Below the pieces are notes generated by a model, which saw only the letters and a program-made list of their open reading frames with translations, was not told where the DNA came from and ran no database searches. A stretch of DNA of 64,000 nucleotides from Seison nebaliae (lineage: Eukaryota): the NCBI GenBank assembly GCA_023231475.1, contig JALJEE010002061.1, forward strand, positions 1-64,000. The letters run 5' to 3'. Shown here piece by piece: positions 13,670 to 24,201 of the stretch. The position numbers were made by a program, and so were the translations under genes. Position 1 is the stretch's first letter; each line of letters begins with the position of its first letter.

Positions 13670-14296
13670 ATGCCAAAAAATAAAGGAAAAGGAGGAAAAA
13701 ATCGGAGACGTGGAAAGAATGAACACGAAAAAGACAAGAGAGAATTGATCATAAAAGAACCGGGACAGGAATACGCTCAAGTTCTAAGAATGTTGGGAAA
13801 CGGACGTTTGGAAGCATATTGTTTTGACAAAATTCAACGACTGTGTCACATTCGAGGGAAATTGAGAAAGAAGGTTTGGATCAATAATAACGATGTTATT
13901 CTATTAGGATTACGTGAATTTCAAAATGATAAAGCTGATGTTATTATGAAATATACACCGGATGAAGTGAAAACATTACAGAAGATGGAAGAGATTCCCG
14001 ATAATATTAACGTGATCGATGCAACAACTGACGGAGCACAAACGAAAACAACAAGTGATATCATTTTTGATGAGAAACCGGAAGATGATGTCGACGATGA
14101 AGACGTTCTCCAACAATCACTCGATGATTATATCGGTCATGGAAATATTCCATCCGATGATGATTCTGATGAAAGTGATGAAAGCGAAGATGAAGATGAA
14201 GAGTTCAATTTCATCGGAAAGAATTATGAAGAGCCAAGTTGTGAGAAGCGAAATCGAGGAGGAAAACGAACTGAAATGATCGATATAGATATATGA
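13670..14296 (+). CDS. eIF1A: Eukaryotic translation initiation factor 1A with extended acidic C-terminus
   Basis: [54 protein letters not shown], terminal DIDI. Confidence 0.97.
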   Translation: MPKNKGKGGKNRRRGKNEHEKDKRELIIKEPGQEYAQVLRMLGNGRLEAYCFDKIQRLCHIRGKLRKKVWINNNDVILLGLREFQNDKADVIMKYTPDEVKTLQKMEEIPDNINVIDATTDGAQTKTTSDIIFDEKPEDDVDDEDVLQQSLDDYIGHGNIPSDDDSDESDESEDEDEEFNFIGKNYEEPSCEKRNRGGKRTEMIDIDI

Positions 14297-14558
14297 ATCA
14301 ATCAATTCTTTAATGAAGAAACTTCTTGAAAAATAGAAATTTAATTGTTTTTAATGAAATAAAAAAAATTTCTCAATTCTCCTTTTCTTTTTACCTACTT
14401 AATTCTCCTGAAGAAATATTCTTGACTTTCCTATATTATACTAATATTAAAATAAGACTAACATTCATAGTATTCAGACAAGAAATATATATATAAAAAA
14501 TGTTTTAATATATTTTTATTTGATTTTAAGATTAATTTAATTTTAATTTTTGAAAAGA

Positions 14559-17500
14559 TTAAATGATATTTTTGAAGTCATCCCAATTGGCAGGTTCTCG
14601 AATTTCCTTTTCCTTTTCCCATAAAATTGTAGCGAATCTCCTTCTGATATGATTCTTCATTTGACGATAAACTGTTTGAATATAATTAGAAATATAGAAA
14701 AAGAAGAAAAGTAGAAACGTCTTCTTTGCTCCCTTAACGTAGATTCTCCCTCTCGAACTGGTAATCGTTCATGCATTTGTTGTAAATTCAGCATGTCAAC
14801 ACTAGATTCTCGATCATCTATTGGGATTTCTCCGAAAAAGTTCTGTTTCTCATTCCATAACCACAGATCTAAAACATACTAGATTTAACGTTGACAATTT
14901 CGGAAAGTTTCAATCAAGATGAAAATTGAACTAACAGTAGCACAAAAGAGATGTTTGTATAATCGTTGAAATAAGAAATAAGTTCGATTAATTTTTGTTA
15001 GAATACTTTCTAATTCTAAACGATTGAACAACATTCGTGAATGACCCGGTTTCTTTAAAAATAGTTTAATTTTTTTTAATATTATACAATTATAACATCG
15101 ACGCAATATTGGAAAACGTAGTCTCTTACGACCTCATTCAAATCGTCGATATTATTCGATCCATTTTCTATTAAGAATTTATATGTTTGAGGAAAACTAA
15201 CAAATTGTGAGAATTATTAGACTAACTGATATTAGTCAAATGAATAGTGTACATCATTTTTAAGAGAACTAATATCTTATCACAATTCATGCACCATCGT
15301 TTAGCAAAATCCATTATATTCTCCAATAAGATACAAGTCTGATCAACTTTTACTTCTGATAATTCACTAAAATGAAGAAATTTCGACAATAATCTATTTT
15401 CATTATTTTGAATTAATCGTTTGAATATTGAATATCGTCACTAAACTTCTTTCTTTTACTTTTATCTGGTTCGTTTAATAAAGTATTGACAGTTTCTCTC
15501 GTTATACCTGTCCTAATTAATACAAAATTACACTTATTATTCATATCGCTCAAGTTAATAAATTAAAACTTTATGTAAGTATCATCACTATCTCGAGCGT
15601 CCTAGAACAATGAAAAAGTTAAGTGAGATAGTGAAAGAGGAAACTTTTTCGAATTTCCCTTCTAAGGAAAAAGTACATCCATGAACACCAAATTTCTTTT
15701 CAAAGAATGCCATGTCAAACGCATAGGCAGTCGGTTCAAGATTGGGTAAGACCATTGACGGAAAAAACAAGCGTTTAAGAATAAAATCATATTCTTCGAT
15801 TGTTGATTCCATCAGCACTTCAATGATATCCGGATCTACCTTTTAATTTAATAAGTGAAATTTCCTGATGGAAATTGGAAGGAAATCAACTTCTTTTCTT
15901 TTTAAAACTTTCACTATTTGTGTAGGAGATCCATTGATTAGAATGTCCAATTCGAGCGCATTCGGCCGTAATGGAAGTGTGACAATTCGTTTAACATGTG
16001 GCCTCCCATAATAAACTTCATTCAAGAGATATTTTATTGGCGTTTGATGTTGTTCGGTGGCGATCAATGTGTTGTATTGAACACAATCTTCATAAATAAT
16101 TCGATTTTCACAAGTAATACCATCAATACGAAACAGACTAGATGTGGTTCGTACTTCTAACATAGGAACACGACTATAAATAGTTTGAGCTATTTCTATC
16201 GGAATAAATCCCAGATCAATTTCTAATTCGGATTTTTCCAAGATAGGAACGTCCGCTAAAGTTATTTCAATTTGCTGAACATTAGGAGGTGTGATCGGTT
16301 TGACAACTTTATTTCCATCAACCGATTTATATTTACTGGGAACAGGTTCTTCATTCAATGCCTTATTCAAATGAGTGTTCACCCAATCATCTTCACTTTC
16401 TCTTGTTCCTTCTGAATCGGTTTTTTTATGCGAAGGAGCAATTGTCCGTTTCTTCGATCGTTTCTTCTTATCAACACCTGATGATGATTTACTTTGCATT
16501 TTCGACGTACTAATTTCCTCTATTTCACTCTTGATTTTTTTCATTAACCGTTTCTTAATATTCGCCACATTAGTACCGTCGGGATCGAGATTTTGTTCAT
16601 CTAGAATTTCCGGTACCATATCCATTAATTTCTGCTCAATATTAGTACGGAAATCATCATCTTCTAACAATTCCGATAATAATTGTTTTTTACTTTTCTT
16701 ATTCTTTTTACCAAACGTCTCCTCCCAATATTCGATAACCGTATCGAGTGCTACTTGTTCCGGTATGGAATGACGTCGAAGAATTGTCTTTATTTTCTTT
16801 TTATATTCATCCTTATTCTTCTTCAATTCTTCTAAACCTTCATCCAATCCTTCTTTCTGGAACGAATTGAGAACAATATTATGTATCTCATTTGCCGTCT
16901 CGTTTATTTCTTCATCAGTTGGACTGATCAATTTAGAAAGTTTTTCTGCCGCCTCACTTAATTCATCTCTTAAAATCAGACTATGAATAGATTTGACGGC
17001 TTGTTTCCGAGTGGGAGTTATACTGCTCGGACTTTTGTTTAGGCTCGTTGCAAATAAGTTTTGGAAACCTTCGGAATCTAACGATTTGGCCCTCTCAACT
17101 AAATCTGCGGCGAAATGTTGTGAACTTCTCGCAGAAATTCTTCGAAACATTTTTTTCAAATGATTATCTTCTTTTACAACTTTCGATAACTCTTCGGAAC
17201 GGAGCAATTGAGCAAAATCACTTTTTTCTTCTTCTGTAAATATTTCAGAAAGACTATACTCTTCATCCTCTTCCACATAATCTTCTCCGATCTCTTTCAA
17301 TAATTTATTGACCATATCTTTCTTCCTTTTAGTCAGAGCAGTTTGTATCTTCTCAGCTTCAACTTCTTTCCGTTTCTCTTCAACTTTCGCTTCTTCTTCT
17401 TCTTCTTTTTTTGCTTGTCCTTCGATTAAACTTGATGTACCTTGATCTTTCGTCTTTTGTTTCATGATAACATCTCCGTCTTCAACTTTCAGATTTGGAA

Positions 17501-19736
17501 ACAAAGTTGCAAATTTACCATATTCCATTTCACCTTTCAACAAGCTCTCTAAATCGGGTTGATTAGTAACGCCTAATTTCTCATAGAAATCCGTTAAAGT
17601 TTCCTTATCGTAATATTGATTTTTTGTTATTTCGAACAATTCGCGTGTAATCTGCTTTTCATCGAATGCTTGCTTCTCATATTTTGAGAAAGGAAAAAAC
17701 TTTTTGAATTTCTTTTGAAACATTCCAAATTCTTCGATCGAATCGATTAATTCATCGAATGTCTCAATGGATTGAATAGAAGCGGTTCGTTCATATAGGA
17801 TTCCATCCTCGTTACCCGATTTCACCATTTTCTCTTTGTTCAAAGCTAATGGATCACGCATATCAACCAAATTGGAAAAGAAGTCCCAATCCATTCGACC
17901 ACTAATCAACTTTTCTATTTCAGTTCGTGTCAATTTATTCAAATATAAATAGTTCTTTATCGTCTCGTCAGGTAGATCTCGTTTCCAAATTCCATTTTTA
18001 ATTTCTGGAGTTATTTCCCAGCCAGTTAACGCTCGTCTTAATGTATAACGATTATGATGTCGCATGTGATTCTGGAGACTTTTACCTACCGACGAATTGA
18101 TCACTCCCTCTCTCTTCAGTGCCAATAAAGTTTGATCGAAAATGTCTTTATTATCTCGATTTGCATATAATCGTTCTACATATCGTTCTAATTTCCCATA
18201 TTTTTTATCAACCGATTCGGAATTCGTTTGATTTTTGAGAGTTTTCTCAAAATTTACTGGAATCGGTTCAAAAGCGTCAGCCAATTTCCATTCGGCCGAT
18301 TGTTCCTGATATCTATCTAAATTGTCTTCAATAAACTGTTGGACATTCAATCGAGCTTTCTGATATTTCACCGTTTCCAGATCCTTGAATTGCTCCACAT
18401 CATAATATAATTCGAAAAATTTTTGACTGATAATTGTGATGATTTCTTCCGAGAACAACTTCGCCAAATCATTATCACCGATATTCAATAGATTGCCACG
18501 ATCTTCAAATAATTTGAATAACGGTTTATTTTTACCCCATTCCGGCACATGCTCATTCAATCTCTTCAATTGTTGGAACGTTAATGGCTCATTAATATCA
18601 AAACGAATTGGTCCGTCTTCTTCCGTACTTTCTGTTACCACTTTTTGTGTTCCGATTTTTTGTGCTTCCGGTTTTTTTGTTTTCAGAAATTCGGCGAAAA
18701 GTTTCTTATCTTTCAATTTCATCGAATATTGTAAATCGACTTTCTTACTTTTTAAAAACTCATCAAAATACATCTTTTTATTCATCTTATCGTCATCACT
18801 AGTTCTCGGTTGTTTGGAAATGGTTGTTATGGTAACGCAACAATTGTAGCCGGATGGGAAAACGCCTTGCACACAACCACATTTCGTTTTGTTTACTTTG
18901 TATCTGATACGATTGCGATTGATGGTTGTGTTATTTTGATTCGTATTATCGGTAATCGATTCATCTAATTCATTCATGTTATTATTCTTGTTCGTAATAC
19001 CATCATTCATTTGATTTTGATTCTCATTTAATGGTTCTTGAAAAAAGTCGAGTCCTTTCTGATGACAATCGAATCTCAAATTCTTCTGAATACAATTATA
19101 TTCGAGATTGAGATATGAACGAAATTCTTCAATATACGCTTTAAAATTCTGCACAATATATTTATCATAAATGATGGTTTGCCAATGAAGTATCTTCCCC
19201 AATTCATATGAAGTAATTTCAGCTTCATTTATCAATTGAGCCAATGTGGCATTCTCAACGTTACACTCATTGAAATAAAGCCAAAGTAATCGTGGTGGCC
19301 ATTTGCGTCGAATGATATGTTCAATGAAACAATTCACTGTCGCTATTAATCGAATGTCAATAAATCGGCTTTTAGTTTCATCAGATAATTGATTATAATT
19401 CATTGGCAATGCAGCACCAACTACCAGACTTCGTTCCTCCTTGTTTAAATAAGCAGTTTGATCCAGAAAATTATTGACGAAAGACGTCATCATCAAATGG
19501 ATCTGTTTGAAGAAACCATCAATATTTGAAGTGATGGAAATGTCGGTGGATAATGTGTTGACGGATATATCGTCAGTATCAGATTGTGTAACTTTTCCAT
19601 TCGATTCGAAATTTGATTCAATTGGTGTTATTTCGGTTAATTTTTCACTTTCAAAATATTCGTACGAACTGAGATTATCAAAATCGAAGGAATTTGCATT
19701 CGATATCGTCGTACTTTCATTATCATCATAACTCAT
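14559..19736 (-). CDS. Large charged/coiled-coil protein with a C-terminal CFAP119/CCDC189-like (flagellar C1a-32/CLAMP) domain; 9 predicted exons
   Basis: The 1297-aa ORF continues in frame through 8 GTT..AG introns (15840-15890, 15602-15644, 15513-15569, 15394-15446, 15168-15226, 15053-15096, 14879-14935, 14672-14718). The spliced tail TGITRETVNTLL...CILLENIMDFAK...KPGHSRMLFNRLELESILTKINRTYFLFQRLYKHLFCATYVLDL resembles the C1a-32 family from memory. Confidence 0.6.
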
Positions 19737-19918
19737 TTTTTATTCAAATTACAGAAATACGATATTGAAAAATTCGAATAGTATTGACTTTCCTTATAAG
19801 ATAAAAATATTAAAAGAAGAATAAACCGTTAAAAACGATATTATAAATATGACAAATTTGTTTTTTCTACAGTTATTCTGAATGAGAAAAATTTTAATTT
19901 TTTAATGAAAATTCAAAA
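19737..19918. promoter_or_regulatory. Putative compact bidirectional promoter region
   Basis: Only 182 bp between the head-to-head start codons at 19736 (-) and 19919 (+); includes a possible 5'UTR intron 19828-19871 (GTT...CAG). Confidence 0.45.
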
Positions 19919-22603
19919 ATGATCTTATTGATCTTGATCATGTTAATTATCAGGAAGACAACACTACAACATAATGACGATTGCGCAATGTTATTCGATA
20001 TGCATGACGAAGCGTTGCTTAACAATCGAATGTTGAATTGTTGGAATTCGCCGGATGTGGAAGATAATGATGATTTCTTGAGAAAATATTATTGTTATCC
20101 AATTGGAATCGATATTAAATTTCAGGATATGGATCGGCCAGCCTTAATATCCATCAACCAACCATATACTGTCTCGTTTACGGTTGAAATCAAATTAGAT
20201 TTCATATTGAGCGTCATTCACAATTCGAATAATTGTGGACTTAAGGAATTTAGTGATTATAAGCTTTATCAGTTATTACGAGCATGTTCCACCAAGAGTA
20301 CGGCGGATCATTTCGTTGAGAATAAATATGTATTCGCACTAAATAATTCATTGGGAAGTTATTTTGAGCTAGGAAATAAAGCGGCAGATCGAACAAACAC
20401 TGATACCGATCCGATATTATTTCACGAATGTAAATTCCTAGCGAAATTGAAAGTGTGTGAAATAAATGTTCATTCTCGATACTGCTTACCTTGGTATACA
20501 TCAGTATATGAAACTGATTGGGTAGATTTACCAGCCAATGGATGGAAATATGAAAGTCAACTAACTTTGAACACTCTCAATCCGATCGATATGATAGCAG
20601 TCGTAACATTTGGACGAGAAAATGAACATAATTTAGTGATTGCTATGCATGCTCCATTTCCCGTCATCGTATTCGATAGTTGTGGTAATGATAATTGTGA
20701 GAGAGAATATAAAGAGAATTGTACGTCGTGCGAACGCGATTGTGGAAAATGTCATTTCCGAGTTGTTGAAATCGTCTCAATTTCCATGACGATTATTCAT
20801 TTCATTATTTTCTTTTGTTGTTTCTCAGGGAAATTGTATACTTTCCGTTCGAAATATGTTTGGGATGATTCGTGGTTGATACGAACGAACGAAGTTCTCC
20901 AAGTACGAACTAAACCTTATCGACCAACTGAGAAGGATGTGAAAAAATTCCAAATCGATTGGACTGAACAACTAACGGAAGAGGCACATGTCTCTTTATA
21001 TGAATTGACAGTGAAAACTGGAAATTTGGCGAAAGGTGAAATTGTTCGATGTAAATTAGCTGAAATTCGATCGACTATCGTCACCGTCCATTATGTGACA
21101 CATCCATCGGATTTTAAATTGGATAAGAAATTGATGGAAGATATAACGAATATAACGAAAATTCATCATTTGAATTTGAACACTCTCATCGGAATTCGAA
21201 ACCATCCGACCGATCAAGATTTCGTTATATTGTGGGAATATCAATCATTGGGCTCTTTGTCTGATCTTATCCAACGAGATGAATCGACATTTAATTGGGA
21301 TATAAAATTATCTTTCATTACTGACGTTTGTCGAGGATTGAAAGAATTACATGGATTAGGTATCATTCATGGACGATTAACTCCCAGGAAATGTATAGTC
21401 ACTCAGAGATTTATCGTAAAAATTTCCGATTATGGTTTAGATGAAATTAAATATAATACATCATTAGAAGTAAGATTGAAACGGATTTATGATCCCATTA
21501 AAATAATTTGTACGGCACCCGAACTATTTCAAGAGCCACCAATTCGTCAACTGTCTAATGATATTTATTCGTTCGCTTTCATCATGTACGTTGTGTTAAT
21601 GAAACGACCAATTTGGACATCAACCAAAGTATTACCATGTCCGGGATATCAACCTGATCTTCCAACATTCCAAGAAGTAGTGGCGGACGATGAGTTTACT
21701 TCTTATACTAGTGAATATATCAGACCGGATGGTTTGTATTTAGTAAATTTAATGAGTCAATGTTGGGTCCCGAATTATGATGATCGACCAAACATCGAAT
21801 ATATTCATGATCAACTTTTCCACATCCTCCCCGTCACATCAGCAATGGAGAATGTTGTGACGAGGTTAGGTAAGAAATGTGATTTGTTGGAAGAAGAACA
21901 TTTATTGATGTTACAACAATATCTGCCAACTACCGTACTTGTAAGGTCATTAAAATTGAATGAAAAAGTTTATCCAGTCACCATTACCAATTTGCCAATA
22001 GCCGTTTTCCAGATTACTGGAATATACAATGGAACGGAAAGTCGTAATTCTGATCAGATTATGAGAAGATTAAAATTATTTCATTTGGAAGTACTGAAAA
22101 CCGTGTCAAAATACAAAAGTGTTTTCAGATTTCATGCGGAAGCTGATCGCGTATTTCTATGTTCGGGAATTAAAGATATTTATTCAGATGATAATATTAC
22201 CGTTCGCTCCAAAACTACTGGTAATACTCTCCAGAATGATATTGAGTCAATGTTATTGAGTGAACGTTCGTCAGAAACGAAGAATTTAACGTTTACATTT
22301 CCGTCAGACGCCGTTTCTTTCTATTCACAAACATTGTACAACGTTTTGAAAGAGATTGCAGATCTCTTCAACAAATTTCAAGTCATCCCTTTACTTTATT
22401 CTATGAAACATATTCCACATTTCTCATATCGCGCTCTACTTCATAACGGACGAGTAATATCGATATTACACGACGAATTAGTGCCCAAACTCATTTTTTT
22501 GGGTTCTGCCGTAGAGAAATTAGAAACACTTATATATGAAACTGAAGATTATACCATCAAAATTACTGATGATGCAAAAAGGTACACGCAGTTAAATCCT
22601 TAA
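19919..22603 (+). CDS. Receptor guanylyl cyclase-like protein (Cys-rich ectodomain, TM, kinase-homology domain, degenerate cyclase domain); coding region intronless
   Basis: Signal peptide; CGNDNCEREYKENCTSCERDCGKC before the TM helix; kinase-homology domain (GSLSDLI, FNWDIKLSFITDVCRGLKELH, HGRL, VKISDYGL, DIYSFA, CW..RP); LLMLQQYLP linker then a cyclase-like C-terminus. Confidence 0.8.
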   Translation: MILLILIMLIIRKTTLQHNDDCAMLFDMHDEALLNNRMLNCWNSPDVEDNDDFLRKYYCYPIGIDIKFQDMDRPALISINQPYTVSFTVEIKLDFILSVIHNSNNCGLKEFSDYKLYQLLRACSTKSTADHFVENKYVFALNNSLGSYFELGNKAADRTNTDTDPILFHECKFLAKLKVCEINVHSRYCLPWYTSVYETDWVDLPANGWKYESQLTLNTLNPIDMIAVVTFGRENEHNLVIAMHAPFPVIVFDSCGNDNCEREYKENCTSCERDCGKCHFRVVEIVSISMTIIHFIIFFCCFSGKLYTFRSKYVWDDSWLIRTNEVLQVRTKPYRPTEKDVKKFQIDWTEQLTEEAHVSLYELTVKTGNLAKGEIVRCKLAEIRSTIVTVHYVTHPSDFKLDKKLMEDITNITKIHHLNLNTLIGIRNHPTDQDFVILWEYQSLGSLSDLIQRDESTFNWDIKLSFITDVCRGLKELHGLGIIHGRLTPRKCIVTQRFIVKISDYGLDEIKYNTSLEVRLKRIYDPIKIICTAPELFQEPPIRQLSNDIYSFAFIMYVVLMKRPIWTSTKVLPCPGYQPDLPTFQEVVADDEFTSYTSEYIRPDGLYLVNLMSQCWVPNYDDRPNIEYIHDQLFHILPVTSAMENVVTRLGKKCDLLEEEHLLMLQQYLPTTVLVRSLKLNEKVYPVTITNLPIAVFQITGIYNGTESRNSDQIMRRLKLFHLEVLKTVSKYKSVFRFHAEADRVFLCSGIKDIYSDDNITVRSKTTGNTLQNDIESMLLSERSSETKNLTFTFPSDAVSFYSQTLYNVLKEIADLFNKFQVIPLLYSMKHIPHFSYRALLHNGRVISILHDELVPKLIFLGSAVEKLETLIYETEDYTIKITDDAKRYTQLNP

Positions 22604-22930
22604 AAATTAATAATTTCTTTTTTTTCATTCTTACAATTATTATGACAATTTTTATAATTCTTCTTCTTATTTTCAAATTTATTTTGACAAATAAAAAACA
22701 AATAAATTGGTTTATGAATAAAAAATTAGTTTTCTTCACACTTATCAGAATGATATTCGCAAGATATTTTTATCAGAAATTTTATTTTAGTATAATGTTT
22801 TTTTTTGTAATTAAAACTAAAAAATTTTGAAAATAAAAAAGGAAAGAAATTTATTCCGAAACTTTCTTCATTTAATTTTAATCAAATCATTGAAACACAA
22901 AAAAAAATCATTATTATTTTTCTAAAGAAA

Positions 22931-23621
22931 TTAATCGAATTGGGGTACATCGAGATATGGTCGGAAACGACGCATATACCAGTCTTTCCGTCTTTCTGCT
23001 TTATCGTCACGGAATTCATCGTAGCAATAAGTGGAGCTAAGTTTCCATTCCATTTCTTCCTTTAAGTCCACCCGACGTTGACTTTCAATTCTTTTGAACG
23101 AGTCCATTAAATTGTCATATCGTTTCAATAATTTTGCACAATAAGTTTGATAATCTAGAAATGTTATGGAACTATTAAGTGATATATAATTCGAACCTCG
23201 ACAATCCATTTTACGGTATTTCACTCGGAATTTCTCAATGCGACGATATGTACGATACGTATCTTCATCTTTAAATTTGGCGTACATCGCTCTCAATAAA
23301 TTATCAAGAAAGAAATTGCATTCCAAAACTTTCGTTTTTTCACTTATAACTAGAAAAGAGGGAATATTATTTGTTGAATAAACAGAAATATCGTTAACCA
23401 TCAGTAGTACTCATATCTTTCACATATCCCAAATAATCTTTAGTAGCTTTCGTCTTATCCCAAAATGGATTGTAATTATTAATTGCTACAGATAAATTCT
23501 GTCGAGCAGCTCTAGCTTGGTCACCTTTCGATAAATCGTATGTGGCCACCCATGGAGTTGCGGCTTCGATAAAACTCACAAAAAAAAAGAAATTAATAAT
23601 AATTAAAGTAAAACTAAACAT
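22931..23621 (-). CDS. Uncharacterised secreted protein; 2 exons (intron 23350-23398)
   Basis: Signal peptide MFSFTLIIINFFFFVSFIEAA; a 49-nt GTT..AG intron joins the two overlapping ORFs in frame (STTD-V-ISEK). Confidence 0.65.
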
Positions 23622-24201
23622 ATTTAGTTATAATTTCTCCTTAACCAAGTCATCGAATTTATATCGACACATAATTCATAACAGATACATGATGACATAC
23701 CATAAAGGAACTTGAATTTTTTAAATTCTAATTACCGTAATCTTTTTGCTTCTTTCACAAACAACAATTTTCTTTCGCAGAACAATGAGAAAATTTTTTA
23801 TGAAATATTTGACGTTTTCCTTATAAGTATTTTATTATCACTTCTCTTTAAAAATTTTCCAACTTCATTCGCATCCTTTCAATTATCATTCATTTAACGA
23901 AAAATCTATCGTTTCTATAATAATTGCCTAATAATAAATTCCTTAACATTTCTGTGACGTTTGAAGAATTTACTATAAAAATTAATAAAGTTTAAAAAAA
24001 GTTAAATTTAAAACTTGGGTAAATGTTAAAATGAATAAAGATTTTTGATAAAATTAACGTCAAATAGGAATATGATTTAATGAGAGTGAAAATAGAGCAC
24101 TAATTTGAATGGGAAGCGTTTTACACGTAAAATAGAAGAATTTGAATTGTCGGACAACTTGGAATTGATTCGAAGTCGACCTTTGTTATGAATATAGGAC
24201 A

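Noticed and set aside
16375..19731. Plus-strand ORFs of 63-137 aa
   Set aside because: Antisense shadows of the large minus-strand exon.
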